Positions 37,038 to 46,973 of a DNA stretch of 64,000 bases are shown here, piece after piece. The DNA comes from a virus (Duplodnaviria > Caudoviricetes), in IMG/VR virus record IMGVR_UViG_3300021256_001754, positions 128,001 through 192,000 of that record; one strand, 5' to 3'. Within the stretch, counting starts at the first letter, position 1. Each line of letters begins with the position of its first letter. The notes under the pieces are model-generated. The model searched no databases, was not told where the DNA came from, and was given only the letters and a program-made list of their open reading frames with translations. The position numbers were made by a program, and so were the translations under genes.

Positions 37038-37056
37038 ATATATAAGGAGATTGAGT

Positions 37057-37572
37057 ATGAAACATTCATATTTTGGTATACAGCATCTTAATGAAGCTTA
37101 TGGTGTTGATACCAACCTCGTACAAGAGGGTTACACTTTAAATGGTAAGAGGGATAATGAATGTGGTTATCCTTCTACAAACGCTATATTTAACGGCGTT
37201 AATATATGTATTGCTTCTGAAGATGAAAAAGTTATCGAACAATCATTAGAGCATTTGGATAAAGATTTAATCGTGGTTAAAAAAGAGTATGATAAGGCTG
37301 TAAACAATCTAGTTTCATGGTTAAAGTCAGACTCTTCTGTACCAGATTTCACAGTAGATGAATTTAAATCTGGATCTAAATTATATGAGGCTGATTACAT
37401 ATATAGCCATTATATAGCTAAATATTCCCCATCAGGAAAAGATGGAGATTTTGGTTCTTTCGCATTTAGTTTTGAACCAAATTCTTCGAAGATGCGGGAT
37501 GTATTTCAGGCTGTTGCGTTAGAAGTTGTAATTTCAGGAAATAAAATAACAACACGTTGTTATGATATTTAA
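37057..37572 (+). CDS. Hypothetical protein
   Basis: Start MKHSYF with AAGGAG RBS. Confidence 0.65.
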   Translation: MKHSYFGIQHLNEAYGVDTNLVQEGYTLNGKRDNECGYPSTNAIFNGVNICIASEDEKVIEQSLEHLDKDLIVVKKEYDKAVNNLVSWLKSDSSVPDFTVDEFKSGSKLYEADYIYSHYIAKYSPSGKDGDFGSFAFSFEPNSSKMRDVFQAVALEVVISGNKITTRCYDI

Positions 37573-37656
37573 AGACAATATAAAGAGGGCAGGAAATTAA
37601 TCCTGCCCTCATATTTTTAAGTTCTTATCAATATCGATATTTATAAGAAATATTTA

Positions 37657-38097
37657 TTATTTCTCGTCAGATTCCGCACCTGATCTAGCACGCTTTATAT
37701 ACTGCTGCTGAGCCTTACGTGCAATTACAGTTGCCTTACGTCCGTACTTCTGCATAAGCTTAGCTCTGCTAGCCTTCCACTTAGAACGATAGAGCTTCAT
37801 CTTTGCAAACTCTTTATCCTTAGCTTCACTTGCAAGCTGATATACGATAAGCTTTACACGACGATTCTCGTCATCTGCTCTTGACAGACGCATCAAAGTT
37901 CCCTTGTTCAGAACATTCTTCTCAAGAAGTGCCTGACCAATAGGGCCTTCGCAAAACTCTTTGATCTGTGCTTCATCTACATTGGTAATATTATCATACG
38001 CCATAAGATTGACATAAGTATCCATAGCAGACTCAGATATCTCATCGAGTGCATCGAAGGCGTTTTCATCGAGATTATAACCACGATATAACGACAT
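37657..38097 (-). CDS. Probable head core protein (acidic N-terminus, basic C-terminus)
   Basis: High-expression codons; AAGGAGG RBS. Confidence 0.6.
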   Translation of the reverse strand: MSLYRGYNLDENAFDALDEISESAMDTYVNLMAYDNITNVDEAQIKEFCEGPIGQALLEKNVLNKGTLMRLSRADDENRRVKLIVYQLASEAKDKEFAKMKLYRSKWKASRAKLMQKYGRKATVIARKAQQQYIKRARSGAESDEK

Positions 38098-38284
38098 AAT
38101 CGTTTCCTCCTTGTAGCAAAAATTTGATTTTTGATTGGGATTGGTTGATATATTAAATTAATTGTTTATAATAATAGGATTGGGTCTATTATTAATGATA
38201 TGTTTATCTATTACATGCTTACTATAAAATATAACAAATATCTTTACAATTAGATACTATATTTATAGAGAGGAGAGTTTTATC

Positions 38285-38515
38285 ATGTATGATGTATTTT
38301 TAACTATAACGCTAATAATTATTTTTTATTTTACAAAAGTAGAAAACTCATTCGGTGGTATACTAAAATTTGCACTTATAGAGCTAGCAGGATATTGCTT
38401 GATAGCACAGATTTGTGGACTTGCAAATAGAAAATATGCTGCTATTTTATTTCTTACTGCAATAATTGGAAAAACGCTAAGAACTATTATTGAAAATAAT
38501 AAAAGGGGAGAATAA
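38285..38515 (+). CDS. Small membrane protein
   Basis: Hydrophobic 76 aa; AGGAG RBS; GATACTATA motif upstream. Confidence 0.65.
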   Translation: MYDVFLTITLIIIFYFTKVENSFGGILKFALIELAGYCLIAQICGLANRKYAAILFLTAIIGKTLRTIIENNKRGE

Positions 38516-38521
38516 ACAAAT

Positions 38522-40669
38522 ATGGTAAGTGACATGCAGAGCTCAACTATAGATGAGTATAAAACAACCATGATGCAGTGTATACAAATGTATATGCCAA
38601 ATGTGCCTATTCAGGATTTATCTAAAGCTGTAGATTATAGTATCGATAAGAGGTATAAAAGTACCAGAGTAAGAGTATCTAATTCTTATACTAAAAAAGA
38701 ATATTGGAATACATTATTAGCATGGTCTGATTATATAAACGATAGACAACCAATTACAAATGCTTTTGGAACTATGTTTAAAAAGCATGCTGAATGTCCA
38801 AATCCGATGTCTGATGTAATACAGGAGTTCTTGAAACAGCGTTCCATATATAAGAATAAGATGTTTACTTTCCCAAAGGGATCAGAAGAATTCGAAAAGT
38901 ATAATCTATCTCAGCAATTGGAGAAGATAAATGCAAATGGTTGTTATGGTGCATTAGGAGCTCCTACATGCTTATTGTATAATATAAACGTTGCAACCTC
39001 AGTTACATCTGCAGGAAGAACTTATATAAGTACAGCATCTATGCTGTTCGAATCGTTCTTGTCTAATAATGTATTATTTGGAAGTCTAGATGAGGTTGTT
39101 GAATTTATAAACCATATCGTTAATGAAAGACCAGATAGAAAATATAACGATATGGAGATATTGGATAATAATATATCTGCAGAAGATTGTTTTGCTAAAA
39201 TTATCATGGAGTGTGGATATAGATGGCTTCCTAATGAAGACGAGATGGATATCATATGGAGAATTGTAAGTAATCTTGGTCAGGAAGATCTTAATAGAGT
39301 TTATTATAAGAATAATCTTTACTCTTTCTTATCTAATAAGGTTGTTTCTAATCTTATAGTAAAGATGCTTAAAGAACTCGATGTACCATATTTCGTTTCA
39401 TTAAAACCACCTAAGTCTATAGAAAAAGACTTATTATATTTCACAGATCTACTTAAAGAGTATGTGTATTACGGATATATGTATATAGACCGTATTATAC
39501 GTTGTGATAATATGATAAAGAAGTCTATAGCGGTATCAGATACAGATTCTTGTATTATCACTCTTGATCCTTGGTATAGATTTGTATTAAAGCTTATCGA
39601 GAATGAGGATATTGGGATAAGCAAAATTGATCCATTATCTGCATTGTATTTTATGGATATAGATGAATTTGGAGATTTGAAAGATTTGAGTCAAATATCT
39701 CCAATATATTTCGAAGAGCCAGAAGAAGATTATGACTTTGCTAACGATGAAATTGTCGAGATAAAGAAAGTTACTAATCCGATAATATGGTTGAAGTCTG
39801 ATTACGTAAGATATAGTATAATAAATATTATGGCTTATGTATTGGATAGAATTATGAATGAGTATATGATAAAGGTAACAAAAAATCAGCATTCATATTC
39901 TGAGCTTAGAAAATGTGCTATGTATATGAAGACAGAGTTCATTATGACAAGACTTCTTATAACAGCAGCCAAGAAGAATTATGCTTCTCTTATGACTATG
40001 CAGGAAGGTAAATTCATTCCTGAAGGAGAACAGCTTGATATTAAAGGTATTGAGTGTCTAACTAAATCTGGTACAGCTAAATCTACAAGAAAAGCATTGA
40101 AGAAGATATTACTGGAAGATGTATTTATGACTCCTGCAATCAATCAATGGAAGATTGTAAAAGATTTGGCTATATTCGAGAAGAAGATAATGAATTCTAT
40201 TCGTTCAGGTAGTAGAGAGTATTATAAACCTGCTACTATAAAAGCATTAAGATCATACGCTGATCCTATGAGAATTCAAGGTGTAAAAGCTGCTACTGTA
40301 TGGAATGCTATGAGAGATTCTAATCTACCGGCTATAGATCTAGACCAACGTAATGCCGTATCTATTGCTAAAGTTATTATAGATAGAGGATCTATAGAGA
40401 AGATAAAAGACGAATATCCATATCAGTATCAACAAGCATTGAAATTGCTTGATGCTACTATAGATGATGGCGGTAAACAGAAGAAGATTTATGACGAAAG
40501 AATAGAAGCTATATCTATACCACTTGATATTCCTACACCTAAATGGTTGATGGAACTTATCGATTACAATACTATTATCAATGATAATATGGGTGGATTC
40601 CCATATAATTCAACAGGTATAGTAAAGATGTCTGATAATACAAATTTTAGCAATATAATACAGCTATGA
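38522..40669 (+). CDS. Family-B DNA polymerase, polymerase-domain subunit of a split enzyme
   Basis: EKINANGCYG (motif B), SDTDS (motif C), KKNY and IKG; no exonuclease domain or motif A visible. Confidence 0.85.
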   Translation: MVSDMQSSTIDEYKTTMMQCIQMYMPNVPIQDLSKAVDYSIDKRYKSTRVRVSNSYTKKEYWNTLLAWSDYINDRQPITNAFGTMFKKHAECPNPMSDVIQEFLKQRSIYKNKMFTFPKGSEEFEKYNLSQQLEKINANGCYGALGAPTCLLYNINVATSVTSAGRTYISTASMLFESFLSNNVLFGSLDEVVEFINHIVNERPDRKYNDMEILDNNISAEDCFAKIIMECGYRWLPNEDEMDIIWRIVSNLGQEDLNRVYYKNNLYSFLSNKVVSNLIVKMLKELDVPYFVSLKPPKSIEKDLLYFTDLLKEYVYYGYMYIDRIIRCDNMIKKSIAVSDTDSCIITLDPWYRFVLKLIENEDIGISKIDPLSALYFMDIDEFGDLKDLSQISPIYFEEPEEDYDFANDEIVEIKKVTNPIIWLKSDYVRYSIINIMAYVLDRIMNEYMIKVTKNQHSYSELRKCAMYMKTEFIMTRLLITAAKKNYASLMTMQEGKFIPEGEQLDIKGIECLTKSGTAKSTRKALKKILLEDVFMTPAINQWKIVKDLAIFEKKIMNSIRSGSREYYKPATIKALRSYADPMRIQGVKAATVWNAMRDSNLPAIDLDQRNAVSIAKVIIDRGSIEKIKDEYPYQYQQALKLLDATIDDGGKQKKIYDERIEAISIPLDIPTPKWLMELIDYNTIINDNMGGFPYNSTGIVKMSDNTNFSNIIQL

Positions 40670-40722
40670 CATCTAATTAAAATTCAATAAAAATATATAT
40701 TATAATAATAAGGAGGTAGAAT

Positions 40723-40866
40723 ATGGAATCTAATGAGCCAATCAGATCACTTTGTGAACAGGGAGATATGGGACTTTATGGAACACCACTGTCAGAAGCA
40801 GATCAGAAAGCATATCTTGAACAGCTGAAGAAGAAACAGCAGCAGGAGTCAGAAGATAATAAGTAA
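40723..40866 (+). CDS. Small protein (47 aa, not in the ORF track)
   Basis: AAGGAGGT RBS; MESNEPIRSLCEQGDMGLYG...EDNK*; terminator at 40871. Confidence 0.7.
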   Translation: MESNEPIRSLCEQGDMGLYGTPLSEADQKAYLEQLKKKQQQESEDNK

Positions 40867-40926
40867 AAATAGTAGGCTGGATGTTTTAATCCAGCCTATT
40901 TTATATTGTTTCTAAAGGAGGATTAT

Positions 40927-41337
40927 ATGGATGACGACAAAATAGTTGATATTAATAAGGCAGTATTCAAATTACATGAGAATGATGGTGATAATTGGGA
41001 TGAGCTGAATGTCGATGTATTACCTATGGATGATTTGGATTATGATTTTATAGAAGAATCTAATATGGATTCTTATATTAAAATTACAGAAGATGGCGAA
41101 GAGGTTGTTTGTAGAGATCACTTCTACTATCTTGCAATAACAAAATATTTAAAGAATAGAATCTATAAAAACATCGGTACAATAAAAACATACAGAATTA
41201 TAATTGCTGTATTAATAATACTATTGGTAATGATAGGATCATTATTGATGTCAGAAATAAGACTTAATGATAGATTAACAAGTCTAAATTCAGAACTAAT
41301 GACTGATCATCTAGAAGATAATAGTACTATTCAATAA
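40927..41337 (+). CDS. Hypothetical membrane-anchored protein
   Basis: AAGGAGG RBS; C-proximal TM segment. Confidence 0.65.
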   Translation: MDDDKIVDINKAVFKLHENDGDNWDELNVDVLPMDDLDYDFIEESNMDSYIKITEDGEEVVCRDHFYYLAITKYLKNRIYKNIGTIKTYRIIIAVLIILLVMIGSLLMSEIRLNDRLTSLNSELMTDHLEDNSTIQ

Positions 41338-41437
41338 TATACTTTGACATTATTAGTAGGAGGTAATAACTATGAATATGGATATAAGCAAAGAAACGGT
41401 AGCAATTTTAAATAAGAATAGAAAAGGAGTAAAGACT

Positions 41438-42541
41438 ATGAATTTTCAGTTTATAGGTATAGGTGCAGGTGGTAATAAAGCAGTTCTCAATCTTATCAAT
41501 GATGGTATTTGTGACGAGATGGATGCTATTCTGGTAAACTCTACAGATAAAGATATTCCTAAGGAGTTTAATGGTGACGTTGTTATTCTATCTCCTGATA
41601 ATGCTGGTTGTGGAAAAGAGAGAAAAATCGCTAAAGATTTAGCAGTAAGTTCTATGAAAGCCGGTCAGTTTGATAGACTTCTTAGAGCTGATACTGATTC
41701 TGTTCTTATTGTTACCTCTGTTGAGGGCGGAACTGGTTCAGGCTCAACTCCAATAATCGCTAAGTATATTAATAAAGTACTTGGCAAGATAGTACACATT
41801 GTAGCCTTTACCGGTTTTGAGGAAGATGTACGTGGTATAGAGAATACTGTAGAATTCTTCCAGGAAATCGACTTTGAAGCAGATGTAATGGTTATCAGAA
41901 ACTCTGCATTCTTAGAGGATACTAATGGTAATAAATTAAGGGCAGAAGAACTTGCTGATAAAGAGTTATCTAAGAGACTCAGAGTTATGCTTGGTTTAGA
42001 TTTGGTTGATTCAACTCAGATCATAGATGATACTGATTTGTATAAGCTTGTATCTACTACAGGTTATAAGACTATAGAGAAGATAGAGTTTACCAAGAAT
42101 CTTATGAATGTAGATGAGTTTAATACTCTCTGCAAGAAGATGATTTATACTTCTAAGTCTATAAAGTCTTTAGACCCAGGTGAAATGAGGCTAGGTGTTA
42201 TACTGAATATCAGGCAGGAATCAGAAGATGCTATTGATCATTCTTTTAATGTAATTAAAGAGGAATATGGTAATCCATATGAGCTGTTTACACATATCCA
42301 GTATGATTCAAAGCAGCCTCAGTATATTGCATTTATATCATCTGGTATGAAGATGCCGGTAGATGAGGTTAAAGCTATCTATGATAGATATCTTGAGGAG
42401 ACATCCAAAGTAGATAAAGCTAATGACGAGTTCTTCAATACAGTAAAAGGCTTAAATATCAAAGAAGAAGACTCTATGTTTAATATGGTAAATAGAAATA
42501 GAAACAATACTTCTAAGGACGACTTCTTTGATAGTTTATAA
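41438..42541 (+). CDS. Tubulin/FtsZ-superfamily GTPase (PhuZ/TubZ-like)
   Basis: IGIGAGGN, GCGK, EGGTGSG signature and IDDTD T7-like loop; alternative start at 41372. Confidence 0.88.
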   Translation: MNFQFIGIGAGGNKAVLNLINDGICDEMDAILVNSTDKDIPKEFNGDVVILSPDNAGCGKERKIAKDLAVSSMKAGQFDRLLRADTDSVLIVTSVEGGTGSGSTPIIAKYINKVLGKIVHIVAFTGFEEDVRGIENTVEFFQEIDFEADVMVIRNSAFLEDTNGNKLRAEELADKELSKRLRVMLGLDLVDSTQIIDDTDLYKLVSTTGYKTIEKIEFTKNLMNVDEFNTLCKKMIYTSKSIKSLDPGEMRLGVILNIRQESEDAIDHSFNVIKEEYGNPYELFTHIQYDSKQPQYIAFISSGMKMPVDEVKAIYDRYLEETSKVDKANDEFFNTVKGLNIKEEDSMFNMVNRNRNNTSKDDFFDSL

Positions 42542-42553
42542 AGGAGGTATACA

Positions 42554-43447
42554 ATGGGATTATTTAAATCCTTAGAAAATTTATCAGATAATGATCAGGT
42601 ACTAAATGTAAGATTTAGTACTATTGAGCTGAATTACAATACCGTTCTGGAAAATATTAAGAATGGTACTTTTAGTAATTCTAAAATTCAGCAGATGATT
42701 GCTAATAATTTATCTGTATATCTTGATTACGATAATTTCAATAATATATCTACAAGAAAAGTATTTCAAGAGTTATGGACAAATACAAGATTCTTAAGAA
42801 ACTTCTTAGCGGTTATCACAGAATATCCTGATAACGAAAATATTCTTAAGTATATAAAGAAAAATTATACTATAACTATCAACAGAATTACTTATGACTA
42901 TTATGCCGCAGCCCCAGATGATAATCGTCTGAAAGATAGTGAAGTATGTGATCTGTTGCTTAAAATAGCAGAGAAAGTAGATTTCGAATATATTAAACCA
43001 TTAACGAGTATAATGGACGAGACTACTGCTAAGTTTATGTCACTATTCAATTTCAGTTCTAATGATACAGAGACTTGTGTTGAAAGATTGAATAGTTTGA
43101 TAATAAAGGCTGGATATGACTTTGCCGTAAAGGACATTGTGTATATATACAGCAGGTTCTATGCAGACAGCTTTTCTGCACTATTCAACTACACAATGAC
43201 CTCTATTCTGGCAGACTTACAACCTATAGAACAGCATAATTCAGATAGAATCAATTTAGCATTAGTAAATATTCTAAATAATATGACTAATTCAGATATA
43301 TACAAAATTCTATCTCAATTCAGTTCTTACTTAATGCTTATGCAGAAAGCATCTGTAAGATTTAGTCTACGTGGATTATCTGGTGATTATTCCAGAATCA
43401 ATGAGGTTGTTCAGTTATTGTTAGACGAAGGTGTATATTTACCATAA
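42554..43447 (+). CDS. Hypothetical protein
   Basis: 297 aa, co-transcribed with the tubulin gene. Confidence 0.7.
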   Translation: MGLFKSLENLSDNDQVLNVRFSTIELNYNTVLENIKNGTFSNSKIQQMIANNLSVYLDYDNFNNISTRKVFQELWTNTRFLRNFLAVITEYPDNENILKYIKKNYTITINRITYDYYAAAPDDNRLKDSEVCDLLLKIAEKVDFEYIKPLTSIMDETTAKFMSLFNFSSNDTETCVERLNSLIIKAGYDFAVKDIVYIYSRFYADSFSALFNYTMTSILADLQPIEQHNSDRINLALVNILNNMTNSDIYKILSQFSSYLMLMQKASVRFSLRGLSGDYSRINEVVQLLLDEGVYLP

Positions 43448-43488
43448 ATAAAATCTGGGTGGATTATAAGTCCACCCAGTATATTTTT

Positions 43489-44679
43489 TTATTTTGTAGC
43501 TTTACAAATTATAAGAGTAATATAAAGTGTAACAGATCTTCTATAAGATGCATCAGTAGCAGGTCTCTTTCTTCTACGTCTATAATTTACAGAATTATCT
43601 GTAAGCCATTTTATAATTATATCCTGCAGCTCTATAATATATTTATCTTTTGTATTTGGTTTTGGTTTTATACTATGAGCAATAAAGTCTACAGAACCAA
43701 CAGATTTATCCGGATAATATCTCATAAAGTCACAAATAAGAATATTTACAACTCGATATATCTCGTTGATATTTGACTTATTACCACATATAGCTTCCAT
43801 TATAGCTTTAATCTCTGTAGCAGATACATTATCATCTTTACATTTCTGACAGATCTCAAGACTAACAGCATGTGTCATGATATAACTTACAGTTGCTTCT
43901 GTATATCTTGTAGCCCTTAACGAATCATTATCTGTTAATCTGAATTCTTCTTGAGTTTCATTCTGTGTCTCATAGTTAAGATATAGTTTTTCTTCATATG
44001 CTTTATTATACTGCTTAGCAATATTCATAAGAAAAGATTTAACTCTATCTCTTAACTGTTGTATCATCTTTCCTATCTCTTCGTCTGTTTGTTTACCTTT
44101 TAGATCTGACTTATAGAAATTAATCCATGTCTGTACCAAAGCTTGTACAGCAGCAAACATAGTTCCTTTCTCTTTAAGTATAAACTTATTGGTCAGCATA
44201 TTATTTACAACGTATTCCATAACAGCTCTATATTTTGAAGGTGGTGCTTTAGGGAATGCAACTCCAGCAAATATAGATGCATAGAACTTACCAGAGAAAG
44301 CAAGATATACTCCCATCATTTCAGCATCTTTATCTTTACCCTGTATAAGATAATACTTCATAATACATATACTAACCAATACATATGGTTCTTTTGCAGC
44401 TTGTGGATTATATGGTATATCCCAATAGAAACAATCCTTCATAATATCACAAACTTGCTCTTCAGTTATTCCTACAGCTTTTAATAAATTATCTATATCT
44501 GTTTTTGTATATAGAATATTATCAAAAGGTGCTATGTCATATATCTGTTCGCTATTCTCCTGAAAGAATTTCTGTACAGCTTGTTTTACTTTATTAGAAT
44601 TTGTAGCCATTGATTTTGCAACTAATGGATACAATTTATCCACTATAACTGTGGTATTGCCATTATACTTAGTAGCCAT
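43489..44679 (-). CDS. Hypothetical jumbo-phage protein
   Basis: 396 aa; AAGGAGG RBS; late promoter at 44710. Confidence 0.7.
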   Translation of the reverse strand: MATKYNGNTTVIVDKLYPLVAKSMATNSNKVKQAVQKFFQENSEQIYDIAPFDNILYTKTDIDNLLKAVGITEEQVCDIMKDCFYWDIPYNPQAAKEPYVLVSICIMKYYLIQGKDKDAEMMGVYLAFSGKFYASIFAGVAFPKAPPSKYRAVMEYVVNNMLTNKFILKEKGTMFAAVQALVQTWINFYKSDLKGKQTDEEIGKMIQQLRDRVKSFLMNIAKQYNKAYEEKLYLNYETQNETQEEFRLTDNDSLRATRYTEATVSYIMTHAVSLEICQKCKDDNVSATEIKAIMEAICGNKSNINEIYRVVNILICDFMRYYPDKSVGSVDFIAHSIKPKPNTKDKYIIELQDIIIKWLTDNSVNYRRRRKRPATDASYRRSVTLYITLIICKATK

Positions 44680-44740
44680 CAGGTTCCTCCTTTTATATAA
44701 TGCTTAAATTAATTAAATGTAAATCTTATAACTATAGAAT

Positions 44741-44910
44741 AAAAATTGTGGCCGAAAAAATATTTAACGGTACGGTACAAAAATACTCGGATGAATCACT
44801 TGCCAGATTCTTTCGATATCTCTTTTCTTTGGTTGCTTATAGTTACATTCTGTAAACATCATATGTTGTTGTGACATAAAATGAAGTAAACTCCTGCGGC
44901 CACAAATTTT
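44741..44910 (+). ncRNA. Candidate sRNA closed by a terminal inverted repeat
   Basis: TTGTGGCCG (44746) pairs with CGGCCACAA (44897); CTCCT next to the stem; AACT-N6-TA upstream; terminator at 44915. Confidence 0.4.
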
Positions 44911-44992
44911 TTAAAAAATCCCAGTAGGTTACAAGGCCTACTGGGATTTTTACATCTTTATAATTGACAACCTTTGAAGGAGGATAAATAAA

Positions 44993-45556
44993 ATGGGACG
45001 TTATACAGAACAAGATGTAATAGCATATAGACAATACATCCAGGACGTTTTGGATTTAAATAGTTATATCAGCGGAAAGCTAGAAATATATGATAAAGCA
45101 TCAGTAGATATCAATGCTGAACTATCTAAGATATGTAAAGCTAAAGCTTCTAAAGATGACATTAAAAATGGAATGTCTACTATAAATAAGATATGGGACG
45201 AGTCTAATAGCAAAGTAAAAGTTATGCTTTTCAATAAACCAGTTAATGCTGGTTCTGCTGTAGATCATCTCGTAGATACTAAAAAGCTTATTGGTAAATG
45301 CGATATGGTTAAAGATGACGAGAATACTTTATATAAAGCATTAGCTGCATATGTAAAAGATCTTAATAAGATTAAGGCTAAATGGGTTGAAGGTGGTTCT
45401 GAACGTAAGAAGATGATGGCTTCTTATAACTTCATTCAGGAAAATAATAGAGATCTTTTCCCTTATTTCAGAAAACTTGATTATATATCAGATATAACTA
45501 TCGGAGAGTCTATTAGACTTATAAAAGATGACGAATTGGTTATGAAGAAATTATAA
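44993..45556 (+). CDS. Hypothetical protein
   Basis: 187 aa; AGGAGG RBS. Confidence 0.7.
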   Translation: MGRYTEQDVIAYRQYIQDVLDLNSYISGKLEIYDKASVDINAELSKICKAKASKDDIKNGMSTINKIWDESNSKVKVMLFNKPVNAGSAVDHLVDTKKLIGKCDMVKDDENTLYKALAAYVKDLNKIKAKWVEGGSERKKMMASYNFIQENNRDLFPYFRKLDYISDITIGESIRLIKDDELVMKKL

Positions 45557-45591
45557 AATATACCCAGCAGGAATTTAATCCTGCTGGTGTT

Positions 45592-45936
45592 TTAATCAAA
45601 TTTACAAATCTCTAATATGCACTTATTAAACTCGTCGTAATCTGTTGATTCATTTATATACTTCTTATAGTATTTATAGAATCCATTACTAGGAGATACC
45701 TTCGGATGCATATCATATTCTTTTATCTTTTTGATAATATTTTTTGCTAATTCAGGTTGGTATTTCTTTTCACACTTATCGAAATAAGTTATAGCAGATG
45801 ATACATGCTGCTTATCAGTTAAAGGATATTTACGAAGTTCAGGAACTCCATAATCAGAATCTTTTAATTCTTTTCTATCTTTACTAGATAAAGCTTTTTC
45901 CTGAATTGATTCAAGAATTTCTTTATAGATTCCCAT
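45592..45936 (-). CDS. Small virion-associated protein (DUF6582-like)
   Basis: RKELKDSDYGVPELRKYPLTDKQHVSSAITYF motif. Confidence 0.6.
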   Translation of the reverse strand: MGIYKEILESIQEKALSSKDRKELKDSDYGVPELRKYPLTDKQHVSSAITYFDKCEKKYQPELAKNIIKKIKEYDMHPKVSPSNGFYKYYKKYINESTDYDEFNKCILEICKFD

Positions 45937-45996
45937 TTTATTTCTCCTTTAATATATTAGAGCTAGAGAATTAACTCTAGCCCTAATATAATGCTT

Positions 45997-46950
45997 TTAT
46001 TCAAGTTCACTAAGAGCTTTCTGAATATACTCCTCGTTTACAGTTTCAAGCTGAATTGTATTGGTAAACTCAAGCATACCATACATACATTTAGCTGTAT
46101 CGATAATCTTAAGAGTATCAAGCTCACCATCCTCATTTACATACTGTGTCTTAAGATTAGGATCTTTTACAATGGTATTCATAATAGAATGAACCATGGT
46201 CTCAAATACAGAATGAGAACGATTATTGTAAACAGCATTTACTTTTCTCTTACCAAGAGTAGCTGTTTCCTGAGCAATCTCTTCTTTCTGATCTTCCGGA
46301 GTTGTATTGTCTGCTTTTATCGATGCGATACGATCGTTAATATCGTTTACAATATTCTCGATCTTCTCTTTATCTTCAGCATTCTTCTTGATAAATTCCT
46401 GCTCGGCGTCAGCAATACGATCAGAAATAATCTTTACCGCATTCTGTACGTCGTCTTCTTTATCAAGCTTATCCATCATCTTCTCTTTTGGCTCATCCGG
46501 AACATTCTCTGCTTCTGCATCATTATCATCTGTTGTCTCTTCTGCTTCTTCCTCAGCTTCTTCTACTGCTTCGTAAAGAGTATTGAGAAGATATGTCTTA
46601 CCCTTCATATTAGCAAGAATATTTTCGCTTCCTCTTTCAGAAACAAAATTCTCGATAAGAGATTCTGCCAGTACATAATTATGCTTTGAAAGAGATGTAC
46701 ATTCTTCAAGAGCTGCAATATAGATTCCCTTCAGAGCAGTTTCAAGCATTTCTTTCTGGATAACTTCTCTGTGTTTACGTCTGATATTGATACGATTGAT
46801 TCTAGCTTCTCTTAGCTCTTCGATTTCTTCTCTCTGCTCTTCGAGAGCTTTCTCATATCTCTCAGTTTTAGCTTCAAGTCTTTTATTTTTACTCTCTTCC
46901 AGATTTCGAAGCTGTATGCTTCTCTCCAAAAGTTCATGATATTTCGCCAT
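45997..46950 (-). CDS. Coiled-coil virion/scaffold-like protein
   Basis: E-rich and helical; in an operon with the baseplate genes. Confidence 0.6.
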   Translation of the reverse strand: MAKYHELLERSIQLRNLEESKNKRLEAKTERYEKALEEQREEIEELREARINRINIRRKHREVIQKEMLETALKGIYIAALEECTSLSKHNYVLAESLIENFVSERGSENILANMKGKTYLLNTLYEAVEEAEEEAEETTDDNDAEAENVPDEPKEKMMDKLDKEDDVQNAVKIISDRIADAEQEFIKKNAEDKEKIENIVNDINDRIASIKADNTTPEDQKEEIAQETATLGKRKVNAVYNNRSHSVFETMVHSIMNTIVKDPNLKTQYVNEDGELDTLKIIDTAKCMYGMLEFTNTIQLETVNEEYIQKALSELE

Positions 46951-46973
46951 TATAATTCCTCCTTACAGCATCT

